DNA of 64,000 nucleotides, taken from positions 1,856,001-1,920,000 of the forward strand of contig OZ244042.1 of the NCBI GenBank assembly GCA_965215015.1, written 5' to 3'. Shown piece after piece: positions 28,758 through 38,818 of this stretch. Position 1 is the stretch's first letter. Every line of letters begins with the position of its first letter. Below the pieces are notes generated by a model. It had not been told where the DNA came from, ran no database searches, and saw only the letters and a list, made by a program, of their open reading frames with translations. The position numbers and the translations under genes are program-made. The DNA comes from Candidatus Poribacteria bacterium (GTDB lineage: Bacteria > Poribacteria > WGA-4E > PCPOR2b).

Positions 28758-31700
28758 ATGGAAAGGAGGGAAGAACAGAAACGACAAAATATAGCGAGAA
28801 AAGGAGGGAAATCAACTTTCCAGTTTTCCACCCCTCTTTCTCCCCAATTGCTTAATCGTTTTTTAAGATGCACGTTTTACCTTCTACGTTTTACGTCCCG
28901 TGTATCACTTTTTATACTTCACATCCTATCACTCGCGATTCTCACGTTCAGCCTAATTTCGCCCACGGGTGAATTGGCCGCCCAAACTGACCCGCCACCT
29001 GCTACCGATGAAGAGGTTTCCGGCATACAGACTGAGACGCCATCAGAAACCTCTCTAGCGACAGAGCCATCTGATCCCGAAGCCCCCGTTGATGAGGAAT
29101 CGTCCGCAATAGCCCCTGAAGAAACATCAGAAACCCCGACAGTCCCAGACGCATCTTCACCTGAAGAACCCGCCCAAACCAGTCGAAAACTCGATCCGGA
29201 GAACATGTCACCCGAACCGGGGGACCTGCTTGCAAAGGGCGATGATCTGACTTTTCACAATAACCTTATCCAAATCCACGGCAATGGACTGATCAAATAC
29301 GACGAAGTTGTGCTCTATGCTGACCATATCTGGGCAGACTTTGAGGAAAATATGATGCGGGCATCGGGAAACGTGCATCTCCTCGTCGGGAACGAAGAAA
29401 CTTTCGCAAACGAACTCCTTTACAACATAAAAACAAAAAAAGGAATTATTCGCGAAGGGTTCACTTTCAGTGATCCATGGTACTACCGCGGTACTGACAT
29501 CTTCAAAGTCGAAGATGATGAATCCTACATCCGTGGTGGAACTTTGACAACATGCTCTCTCAAACACCCCCACTTCTACTTCAGCGCATCTCAGATTATC
29601 GTCAAGATAAACAAAGAGTTGATTGCCAAGAATATCGTTCTGAGGATCGGGGGGGTGCCGCTCTTCTATTTTCCTGCCTACCGCCGTGATCTTCGCAAGG
29701 AAGACAAGGTCGCCAAAATCATCGTCAAAGTTGGAACTGATAGCTATCAGGGGGTATTCCTTAGCGTAATCTTGCCACTGGCGCGTCGCCAGCGATATGA
29801 CGGTGCCCTGCTGTTCGATCACTCGAGCCGTCGAGGAAGTGGAGGGGGTTTTGAAGGGAAATACCGTGTAAACGATGTCCGATTCCAAGAGATTCTCGTG
29901 CCTTTGCATCCCGATGCAACACCGAGCGAGCGAGCGAAACTAGAAGAGAAAGCGCAGGAATTATCAGACCGGCTGGAGGGCGAGTATGACCGGTATCAGC
30001 TGCGCCAACTCTTTCTGGAATATAAAATCTCTGAAGAAGACATCGCCGCTGCTCTCGAAAAGGCGGAGAACATCCAGGCCCAACTACAAGAGGCAGACGC
30101 AGATTTCGCAAAGATTGCACAAGATAAATCAACCGATCAGGAGACGCGCTATCAGGGGGGTGACATGGGGTTTTTGGTGCGAGGGGAACGGGATGAAGAA
30201 GACAAACTGCGGCTAGATCCAATCCTCGAAGAGGCTATCTTTCAACTCGAACCGGGGGAAATTACACCGATTCTCAGGACAGAAGCTGGATTCCATATTT
30301 TAAAGGTCGATCGTGCGCTTGATGTATATGGTCAACGAGAACTCCAGATTAGCCGAATTGATGTAGCAATCGAACCAAGCCAAGAGACCCGCGACACAAT
30401 TCAGATGACCGCAAAAGAAATCCAGGAACGCGCAGATGCAGGAGAGGTACTCGAACAATTAGTTGGACAATATGAGGGAGTTGAAGTTTCTGAAGCTAAT
30501 GAAGGCGCAGGGTTTCTGTTGAATGAAATGGATCGGCGTTGGAAGCACCCCGTAAGCCGACTAGAGACCCCTGGAGAAATAACTTGGCCCATATACACCG
30601 ACCGAGGTGTCTATATCCTTCAGTTAATCGAAAAGGAACCGACCCCGACCTTTGAAGAAATTGCACGTCAATTTGAAGCGGAATGGGAAGCGATTGAAAA
30701 GGAATTGGGGCAAACTGCAACAACAGAAAACGATGAAAGTGAACAACAGGAAGAAGGGATAGAGGGACAGGATAGTCACGAGATAAACACGGATGGGGCG
30801 GGAAGCGAAGAGAAGGCTGATAGAGGGACACCAGAAGATAACCCACAAGGTGCTTTGAAGCCCGATAAAATCGGGGACGATGAGACAACGGATCTGCCGG
30901 AAGAAGATACGGAACCGGAGAAGGTGCAGGTCTACCAGCAATACGATTATCGAGGACGGTGGGAGACGCTGCCCCAAATCTTCTCACAATCACAGCGACT
31001 CTATGCCGGAGATCACAGCTCAATGATCAAGACAGGTACTGGATATCGTCTGATTAAAGTCGATAAAAGGCGTACTTATAGGGGCGACCTCTACTTTTAT
31101 ACCAATGATGAGTTTTCTTTTAATCGCCAAAAGCCATTCAAAACGGGGCGGCGATGGAATCTCCGGTGGGGGCACCGGCACGCTTTCTACACACCGTGGG
31201 ACAGCCGGGCCAGGGGACGACGGCCTGTGAGTTTTGTAGGACGGGTGGCGTGGCGAGCAAAGGATTTTGAAGAGGAGGGATTTGGAATCAGTGAATCTAC
31301 TATCAATTCTTTTGGTATGTTCACATGGGGAACCGCCTTTCATTCGCTGAATTATCAAGATAGAGACGAAGACGGAAACTTAAAATTTTCGCACAAGACA
31401 ATTGGGGAATTCTTGGGACGGCTACAGGTTAATCATACCTTAAACCTTACGGGTGAAGGGACAACAACCTTGCAAAAGCTACCCGCACTCAATCTTTCGC
31501 TTAGACGCATGCGCTTAGATCGGTTGCCTGTTTTCAAAACTATTAATTCAGGGCTAACCGAAGTTGCCGATCGGTTATACACCGAGCTCCCAATCCTTTC
31601 GATGTTTGCCTTTCCGACGCTTGAGAACATCAGTTTTGATCTGGAGACGAACTTCGGTAATTTTTTCCGTGAACGGTTTCGAGACGAAGAAAATGTCTAT

Positions 31701-32741
31701 TTGCAAACAATGGATCTCGGGTTTGATCTTCGTAAGCAATCAGTACTCCAAATAATCCCGAATCGCGAGTTGCGACTCGACGCGGATTTCGACACCAACC
31801 TCATTTGGCATGACAAAGATCGGGAAGGAAATCAGAATATTTTCCGAGGTATATACAGCACCCGGCTCTCTGCCAGCAATCTGCTGTTTCGGATCTATGA
31901 CATCAGCTTCATTCCAGGGGCGCGGCGGATGCGCCATCAAATCAACTCAAGGGTATCATTTGATTACGCACCACCTGTCGACAGAGAAGATGCTCCCCAA
32001 CTCTATCCCTTTGGTCCAAGTGTCTACTTCTTTGAAAGGAAGAACCTCGCCTATAACTTAGATACCAGTATTGAAGTTAAAACCCGCGGCAGCAAATCTG
32101 CGCTTCGAGTGCTTCATTTTAACACACGAGTATCGGTGGATTTTACGAAATTTGAGGCGTTGGGTGAACGGCGATATGTACCGATTGAAAGCACGCTGAC
32201 GATAGTTCCACTGGCGAGCCGAAACCTGAATTTCAGGTTCAGATCGACACACGACCCGAATCAATCGCACCTTGATGGAAAGCGACTGAAACAGATTGGT
32301 TTCCGCTCCAACGTCAGTTATCGCCGCGACACATGGAATATAACGTTTGGAAACGCTTTTACCAAAAGAACGCAACGTGCCTCTCGATTTCTCACCGGTA
32401 GTTTTCGATTTCGCCCCAGCCGATTGCTTGAGTTGAACCTCAGTGTCAATTATGACTGGATCGAAAAACAATTCTACTCACAAAGTATAACACTACGGCG
32501 AAACTTACACGATTGGAATATGACGATTAGATGGAACCGCATCGGGATTAAGCGGGAACCACCCTTCGATAATGTGCGACAAGACTTCACTTTTCAGATT
32601 AATCTGATTGCAGAGCCCGCTGCCTCAGTTGGGCTTGGCTATGACGCTACAACGGATACATGGGGATTCCGTACCCTGCCCGCTGGCGTTCCTTACGACG
32701 CCTTTGGGGTCGGAAACTCACTTGGACGCTCTTACTTCTAA
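28758..32741 (+). CDS. lptD: LptD-like LPS assembly outer-membrane protein with inserted parvulin domains
   Basis: Beta-jellyroll (YADHI..ASGNV..ELLYN), TTC..PHF..A..I..AKN..L..VPLFY.P, SSRRG.G..E.KY, C-terminal amphipathic strands (RNLHDW..FQINL); rotamase motifs at about 29870-31075. Confidence 0.82.
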   Translation: MERREEQKRQNIARKGGKSTFQFSTPLSPQLLNRFLRCTFYLLRFTSRVSLFILHILSLAILTFSLISPTGELAAQTDPPPATDEEVSGIQTETPSETSLATEPSDPEAPVDEESSAIAPEETSETPTVPDASSPEEPAQTSRKLDPENMSPEPGDLLAKGDDLTFHNNLIQIHGNGLIKYDEVVLYADHIWADFEENMMRASGNVHLLVGNEETFANELLYNIKTKKGIIREGFTFSDPWYYRGTDIFKVEDDESYIRGGTLTTCSLKHPHFYFSASQIIVKINKELIAKNIVLRIGGVPLFYFPAYRRDLRKEDKVAKIIVKVGTDSYQGVFLSVILPLARRQRYDGALLFDHSSRRGSGGGFEGKYRVNDVRFQEILVPLHPDATPSERAKLEEKAQELSDRLEGEYDRYQLRQLFLEYKISEEDIAAALEKAENIQAQLQEADADFAKIAQDKSTDQETRYQGGDMGFLVRGERDEEDKLRLDPILEEAIFQLEPGEITPILRTEAGFHILKVDRALDVYGQRELQISRIDVAIEPSQETRDTIQMTAKEIQERADAGEVLEQLVGQYEGVEVSEANEGAGFLLNEMDRRWKHPVSRLETPGEITWPIYTDRGVYILQLIEKEPTPTFEEIARQFEAEWEAIEKELGQTATTENDESEQQEEGIEGQDSHEINTDGAGSEEKADRGTPEDNPQGALKPDKIGDDETTDLPEEDTEPEKVQVYQQYDYRGRWETLPQIFSQSQRLYAGDHSSMIKTGTGYRLIKVDKRRTYRGDLYFYTNDEFSFNRQKPFKTGRRWNLRWGHRHAFYTPWDSRARGRRPVSFVGRVAWRAKDFEEEGFGISESTINSFGMFTWGTAFHSLNYQDRDEDGNLKFSHKTIGEFLGRLQVNHTLNLTGEGTTTLQKLPALNLSLRRMRLDRLPVFKTINSGLTEVADRLYTELPILSMFAFPTLENISFDLETNFGNFFRERFRDEENVYLQTMDLGFDLRKQSVLQIIPNRELRLDADFDTNLIWHDKDREGNQNIFRGIYSTRLSASNLLFRIYDISFIPGARRMRHQINSRVSFDYAPPVDREDAPQLYPFGPSVYFFERKNLAYNLDTSIEVKTRGSKSALRVLHFNTRVSVDFTKFEALGERRYVPIESTLTIVPLASRNLNFRFRSTHDPNQSHLDGKRLKQIGFRSNVSYRRDTWNITFGNAFTKRTQRASRFLTGSFRFRPSRLLELNLSVNYDWIEKQFYSQSITLRRNLHDWNMTIRWNRIGIKREPPFDNVRQDFTFQINLIAEPAASVGLGYDATTDTWGFRTLPAGVPYDAFGVGNSLGRSYF

Positions 32742-32880
32742 TACCAAACCTACAGTGCAAAGAGCAGCTAATTCCCCTGCTTGTGGCGATTCTTTGTGTT
32801 TCTTGAGGGCAGCTCTCTTTTTTTTACGCAGAAATCAGGAATTTGCATAACGCGATCACCAAGATACTCTATAATATAAC

Positions 32881-32915
32881 GCCTTGTCTGGCATAATCAG
32901 GACAAGGCTTTTTTA
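32881..32915 (+). terminator. Intrinsic terminator after the lptD-like gene
   Basis: GCCTTGTCTG..CAGGACAAGGC followed by a T run. Confidence 0.7.
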
Positions 32916-32930
32916 TTTTTTAACTCTCTA

Positions 32931-32990
32931 TTGACTACTTAACAGATATATGCTATATTAAATCCTGTAAAATTATGAGGATATATCCTC
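32931..32990 (+). promoter_or_regulatory. sigma70 promoter of uvrA with downstream 14-bp palindrome
   Basis: TTGACT-17-TATATT with extended TG; GAGGATATATCCTC at 32977-32990. Confidence 0.55.
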
Positions 32991-33141
32991 GAATCCATTC
33001 CATTAGCTCCCTACCTGCCGCAATTAGTCCTTCTTACTGCTGTGAAAAAGTGTGTTGCTGACACCTCAGATCTATGGTAAAATGGAACACATCGGGCACC
33101 CAATTTGAGAATGCATTAAGATACAGAATCTCGCTAAATGA

Positions 33142-36100
33142 ATGGAATCGCCTGTTACTACCGAAAGACCTTCAGTCAAAGGAAAACTTATGCCGGAGGA
33201 ATTTATCGACATCCGCGGCGCACGCGAACATAATCTCAGAAACATCAATCTCAAACTCCCCAAAGATAAGCTCATTGTCTTCACCGGTGTCAGTGGTTCC
33301 GGGAAATCATCGCTGGCATTCGATACAGTCTACGCTGAAGGCCAACGCCGCTATATCGAATCCCTCTCCGCTTATGCCCGTCAATTCCTTGGACAATTGG
33401 AAAAACCCGACGTCGACTTCATCGGCGGCCTTTCTCCATCCATCTCGATTGATCAGAAGTCGGGGGGAAACAACCCTCGCTCAACGGTCGCAACAATCAC
33501 AGAAATCTATGACTACCTACGCGTCCTGTTTGCGCGTGTGGGCACAACGCACTGCCTAGAGTGCGGCGCACCGGTGGGTGCCCAAACCGCAGAGGCAATT
33601 ATTGACCAAATCGTGAACCTACCGCCGCGGACTCGTATCTTAATCTTAGCACCAATCGTCAGTGGACGCCGCGGCGAGTATCGTGAACACCTTGAGGACG
33701 CACTCAAGGCGGGGTTTATTCGCGCACGGATTGATGGACAGGTTTATGACCTGCCGGCTGAAATTCAGCTAGACCGCAATCAGCGGCATAACATTGAAAT
33801 TGTCATTGACCGGATTATTGTCAAACCCGATATCCGCAGCCGCGTTGCAGAAGCGGTCGAAACCGCGCTGCGGATGGGAGAGGGCCGCCTGATTGTAAAC
33901 ATCGTCGAAGGAGAACTAGATGCAGGCGACCTCTTGTTCGGGGTGGACTATACCTGTGTGCACTGCAATATCAGCTATGAACCCCCTGCCCCACGAAATT
34001 TCTCGTTCAATAGCCCTGCGGGGATGTGCCCGACCTGCAAGGGGCTCGGAACGTTAACGAAGATGGACCCCAATCTGGTTGTCCCCGACCCAACGCTATC
34101 GATTGGGAACGGAGCGATTGTCTTTTGGGGGCAGCTTGACACACTACAGACACGACATTACGCCGAGAGTTTGGCAGCACATTTCGGTTTCAGCCTTGAC
34201 ACACCGTGGGAACAGTTGAGCGAGGCGCATCAGCACGCCATCCTTTATGGCACTGGAAAAGAGGAGATTCCTTTCGTCTATCGTTCCCGTCGAAACCGCC
34301 GCTATAAGTACCAAGCCACGTTTGAGGGTGTGATTCCACCCGAAGAACGAAAGTATTTCCAAGCAACCTCAGAGATTGTGAAGCGGCACTACGGAAAATA
34401 TATGGTCTCCGGCACATGTCTCGATTGCAACGGGACGCGACTCAAGCCAGAGATCAAGGCTGTGACGATCGATGGGAAATCCATCCTTGACGTCGTCGAA
34501 ATGGCGGTCGGAGATTGTTTTAGGTTCTTTGAAAAACTCCAGCTGCCTGCGCGTGAGGCGTTCATTGCGACCGATTTGCTGAAAGAGATACAAGGACGCC
34601 TCTGGTTCTTGATGAACGTTGGGTTACACTACCTCACCTTGGATCGCACCGCACCGACGCTTTCCGGGGGCGAGGCACAACGAATTCGGTTAGCCAGCCA
34701 GATTGGGGCAGGTTTGCGAGGCGTAGTTTATGTCCTCGACGAGCCCAGTATCGGCTTGCACCCGCGTGATAATCAGCACCTCCTCACGACGCTAAAGCAT
34801 CTCCGCGATCAGGGCAACACCGTAATCGTTGTGGAACATGACGAAGATACAATGTGGGAGGGAGATATGATCGTTGATTTCGGACCGGGCCCAGGAATCA
34901 AGGGCGGTGAGATTGCCGCAATCGGTACGCCGCAAGAGGTCGCTGAAGGGTCAACCTCTCTGACAGCACAATATCTCCGTGGTAAACAACAGATTGACAT
35001 CCCTACCGAACGCTGTCCAATTGGAAATCAATGGATCGATGTCTGTGGGGCGCGCCACAACAATCTCAAAGACGTTGATGTGCGAATTCCGATCGGGATT
35101 TTCACCTGTGTGACGGGGGTCAGCGGTTCTGGCAAAAGCTCCCTCATCAACGATATTCTATACGAGGGGCTTGCCCGTGATCTGATGAAGGCACATGCAC
35201 AACCGGGAGAGCACGATCTCATCCGGGCAATTACTATAGAGGACGAACCTCCGACCAATCAGGGGCAATGCACATCTGTGTCTCCAATTGACAAGATCAT
35301 TGATAAAGTCATCGATATTGATCAGTCGCCGATTGGGCGGACACCGCGATCGAATCCAGCCACCTACACCAAAGTATTCGATCAGATCCGTGCCCTTTAC
35401 GCCGAGATGTCTGAGTCCAAACTGCGCGGTTACAAACAGGGACGTTTCAGCTTCAATGTCAAAGGCGGGCGATGCGAAGCCTGCGAAGGCAATGGCTCAA
35501 AACGGATCGAAATGCACTTTATCGCCGATGTTTGGGTGAAGTGCAATATTTGTCACGGAAAACGGTATAACGACGAAACGCTACAGGTCGAATATAGAGG
35601 GGCGAACATCTCTGATGTAATCAACATGGACGTGCAAGAGGCTTTAGAGCACTTTGCGAACGTGCCGAAAATTGCAAAGATTCTACAAACCCTGCACGAT
35701 GTCGGTTTAGACTACATCAAGCTTGGGCAGCCAGCACCAACGCTCTCCGGGGGCGAAGCACAACGTATTAAGCTGGCGCGGGAGCTCGCTAAACGCAGCA
35801 CAGGCAAAACCCTCTATATCCTCGATGAACCGACAACTGGCTTGCATTTCGACGATGTCAGGAAACTCCTAAAAGTCTTGCACCAACTCGTTGATAGGGG
35901 CAACACCGTTGTCGTCATTGAGCACAACCTAGAAGTAATAAAAACAGCAGACTATCTTATAGACCTCGGGCCCGAAGGGGGTGAAGAGGGCGGCTATGTC
36001 GTTGCAACGGGGACACCGGAGGAAGTGGCAGCGGTTGAGGAATCGTATACGGGAATAGCGTTGAAGCCGGTACTGGAGTCGAGAAAAATAGAAGAACCTC

Positions 36101-38700
36101 CGACCAATCCTATGCAATATGCAATACACAGTACGCCGCACGTCCTGCAAGAGTCAACAACCTCTTATGAATTGACTAATAATAATGAGCAGAAATACAT
36201 TTCTGTGCATGGGGCGCACGAACACAATCTGAAGAACATCAGTGTAGACATTCCCCATCGGAAGCTCACGACGTTCACCGGCGTGAGCGGGTCAGGGAAA
36301 TCATCCCTGGCGTTGGACACCATCTACGCAGAGGGGCAACGACGCTATATTGAATCCCTTTCAGCGTATGCGCGGCAATTCTTAGGACAATTGGAAAAAC
36401 CGAAGGTTGAGAAGATTGAAGGACTCTCGCCCGCGATTGCCATTGAGCAGAAAGCTCCGAGCAAGAATCCGAGATCCACGGTCGGGACGGTCACAGAAAT
36501 TTACGACTACCTGCGTGTGCTTTATGCACGAGTTGGAATCGCCCACTGCCCGCAGTGTGGGTTGGAAATCAGTGCACAATCCGTGCAGCAGATTGTTGAC
36601 AAAGTTATGGAGTTGCCAACTGCAGCACGGATTTATGTCCTGTCTCCGTTGGTGCTGCGACCGAATGAGGATTATCCCAATGCTTTCCAACGTCTACAGC
36701 GGGACGGCTATGCTCGCGTTGAAATTGACGGACAAATTCACCCAATTGATCAAGCACCGAAAATCGGGAAGAGCATCCGACACGATGTTAAAATTGTTGT
36801 CGATCGTCTCGCCCTCGAACCCGATGAACGCGGGCGCTTGGCAGAAGCTATCGAAACGGCAACGCAGCAGAGTGGTGGAACGGTGACGGTGGGGTTAATA
36901 AACGAGGGAAAGCAGAAGGGTGAAGGTGCGGGAATCACACATCATGTCTTCAGTGAACATTTTGCCTGTGTCCCGTGCGGTTTGAGTTTTCCTGAACTGA
37001 CACCGCGGCACTTCTCATTTAACAGCTCTATCGGTCAATGTCCGACGTGCGAAGGTATTGGGACAATTGGACATCGGTTACACACCTGTCAGGAGTGCGA
37101 GGGCACACGAATTCAGCCCTTGGCAAGAGGTGTGACATTGGGGCAGAAAACTATCGCTAAGTTGACAGCGATGCCAATTGGAAGGACTGCCAGCTTCTTC
37201 GAGCAGCTCAAGCTGCCAACCCATCAGATGGAGATCGGCAGAGAATTGCTCAAAGAGATTCAACAACGCCTTCGATTCCTTGTTGATATTGGTTTACACT
37301 ACCTGACCCTAGATCGACCCGCACCAAGTCTCTCCGGCGGAGAGATGCAGCGTATCCGTCTGGCAAGCCAACTTGGCAGCGGTCTCACAGGAGTGACGTA
37401 CATCCTTGATGAACCGAGTATTGGATTACACCAGCGAGATCAGGAACGCCTCCTGAATGCATTGAAAGGACTCCGGGACCTTGGCAACAGTGTCCTAGTT
37501 GTTGAACACGACTTGGAAACCATGTTGGCATCGGATCACATTCTCGATTTTGGGCCACGCGCTGGAAAGTTCGGGGGTGAGATTGTTGCCGCCGGGGGGG
37601 CGACTCAAATTCAGCAGAGCGAAAATTCACTGACAGGCGGATACCTCACTGGAACGCTCAAGATTGAAGTCCCTCCGCAAAGACGCCAAGGCAAAGGCGA
37701 GAGGCTTGAGATGGTGGGTGTCCAAACCAATAATCTACAGAATATCAATGTCCAGATCCCGTTAGGGACACTGACATGCGTAACAGGAGTTTCCGGCTCA
37801 GGAAAAAGTTCACTGATTGAGGAGACGCTGTATCCTGTGCTCGTTTCTAACCTGAATCGGACGCGGATGCGATCAGGAAAATATCGAATGATTCGTGGAT
37901 TGGAATATCTTGACAAAGTAATCAACATCGATCAGCAGCCAATCGGGGACACCCCACGATCGAATCCAGCCACCTACACCGACCTGTTCACCAAGATTCG
38001 TTATCTCTTTGCCGATCTGCCGGAGTCCAAGGTCTACGGTTTCGATTCTCGTCGATTTAGTTTCAACCAGAAGGCGGGACAATGCGAAACATGTCGCGGG
38101 CACGGCTTCAATAAGGTTGAGATGCACTTTCTCGCAGACGTGTGGGTTAAATGTGAAACATGCAGCGGCACCGGCTACAACCGCGAAACCTTGCAAATCC
38201 GCTACAAGGGCAAAACCATCGCTGATATTCTAGGGATGACAGTCCAAGAAGCACTAAATCATTTCCAAAGCGTACCGACTATCCAAAGACCCCTGCAGAT
38301 GCTATACGATGTCGGCTTGGATTATATCGAACTCGGTCAGGCAGCGACAACGCTTTCTGGGGGCGAATCTCAACGTGTCAAGCTGGCGCGTGAACTCTCA
38401 AAGCGGAGCACCGGCAAAACCATCTACATCATGGACGAACCGACAACAGGTCTGCATTTTGATGATGTACAGAAGCTGTTGATAGTGCTCAACCGCTTGG
38501 TGGACAAAGGTAACACCATTGTCATCATTGAACACAACATGGATGTAATCAAAACCGCCGATTGGATTATTGACCTAGGTCCAGAGGGTGGAGCTGAGGG
38601 GGGCAAGGTTGTCGCTATGGGAACGCCAGAAGAAGTAGTGACCGTCGAGGAATCACATACGGGCAGGTTTTTGCAGAAGGCACTCACGACACCAACCTGA
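33142..38700 (+). CDS. uvrA: Excinuclease ABC subunit A, double-length (four ABC domains)
   Basis: Four GVSGSGKSS Walker A and four LSGGE signatures, two AEGQRRY motifs; alternative start at 33190. Confidence 0.97.
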   Translation: MESPVTTERPSVKGKLMPEEFIDIRGAREHNLRNINLKLPKDKLIVFTGVSGSGKSSLAFDTVYAEGQRRYIESLSAYARQFLGQLEKPDVDFIGGLSPSISIDQKSGGNNPRSTVATITEIYDYLRVLFARVGTTHCLECGAPVGAQTAEAIIDQIVNLPPRTRILILAPIVSGRRGEYREHLEDALKAGFIRARIDGQVYDLPAEIQLDRNQRHNIEIVIDRIIVKPDIRSRVAEAVETALRMGEGRLIVNIVEGELDAGDLLFGVDYTCVHCNISYEPPAPRNFSFNSPAGMCPTCKGLGTLTKMDPNLVVPDPTLSIGNGAIVFWGQLDTLQTRHYAESLAAHFGFSLDTPWEQLSEAHQHAILYGTGKEEIPFVYRSRRNRRYKYQATFEGVIPPEERKYFQATSEIVKRHYGKYMVSGTCLDCNGTRLKPEIKAVTIDGKSILDVVEMAVGDCFRFFEKLQLPAREAFIATDLLKEIQGRLWFLMNVGLHYLTLDRTAPTLSGGEAQRIRLASQIGAGLRGVVYVLDEPSIGLHPRDNQHLLTTLKHLRDQGNTVIVVEHDEDTMWEGDMIVDFGPGPGIKGGEIAAIGTPQEVAEGSTSLTAQYLRGKQQIDIPTERCPIGNQWIDVCGARHNNLKDVDVRIPIGIFTCVTGVSGSGKSSLINDILYEGLARDLMKAHAQPGEHDLIRAITIEDEPPTNQGQCTSVSPIDKIIDKVIDIDQSPIGRTPRSNPATYTKVFDQIRALYAEMSESKLRGYKQGRFSFNVKGGRCEACEGNGSKRIEMHFIADVWVKCNICHGKRYNDETLQVEYRGANISDVINMDVQEALEHFANVPKIAKILQTLHDVGLDYIKLGQPAPTLSGGEAQRIKLARELAKRSTGKTLYILDEPTTGLHFDDVRKLLKVLHQLVDRGNTVVVIEHNLEVIKTADYLIDLGPEGGEEGGYVVATGTPEEVAAVEESYTGIALKPVLESRKIEEPPTNPMQYAIHSTPHVLQESTTSYELTNNNEQKYISVHGAHEHNLKNISVDIPHRKLTTFTGVSGSGKSSLALDTIYAEGQRRYIESLSAYARQFLGQLEKPKVEKIEGLSPAIAIEQKAPSKNPRSTVGTVTEIYDYLRVLYARVGIAHCPQCGLEISAQSVQQIVDKVMELPTAARIYVLSPLVLRPNEDYPNAFQRLQRDGYARVEIDGQIHPIDQAPKIGKSIRHDVKIVVDRLALEPDERGRLAEAIETATQQSGGTVTVGLINEGKQKGEGAGITHHVFSEHFACVPCGLSFPELTPRHFSFNSSIGQCPTCEGIGTIGHRLHTCQECEGTRIQPLARGVTLGQKTIAKLTAMPIGRTASFFEQLKLPTHQMEIGRELLKEIQQRLRFLVDIGLHYLTLDRPAPSLSGGEMQRIRLASQLGSGLTGVTYILDEPSIGLHQRDQERLLNALKGLRDLGNSVLVVEHDLETMLASDHILDFGPRAGKFGGEIVAAGGATQIQQSENSLTGGYLTGTLKIEVPPQRRQGKGERLEMVGVQTNNLQNINVQIPLGTLTCVTGVSGSGKSSLIEETLYPVLVSNLNRTRMRSGKYRMIRGLEYLDKVINIDQQPIGDTPRSNPATYTDLFTKIRYLFADLPESKVYGFDSRRFSFNQKAGQCETCRGHGFNKVEMHFLADVWVKCETCSGTGYNRETLQIRYKGKTIADILGMTVQEALNHFQSVPTIQRPLQMLYDVGLDYIELGQAATTLSGGESQRVKLARELSKRSTGKTIYIMDEPTTGLHFDDVQKLLIVLNRLVDKGNTIVIIEHNMDVIKTADWIIDLGPEGGAEGGKVVAMGTPEEVVTVEESHTGRFLQKALTTPT

Positions 38701-38818
38701 TAACTTGTGATGATTCTTACTGCTGATATTTCGTATGTAAAAATTTCAGAACAAAGGGGAGGTAATGAGACTCGTTGGGCTAGAGTCCTACTGCCCCTGA
38801 ATCAGAAAGGAGCGTGTT

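Noticed and set aside
29208-31023. Long antisense ORFs inside lptD, and similar ones inside mfd, uvrA and other genes
   Set aside because: Shadow frames of well supported genes without protein-like motifs
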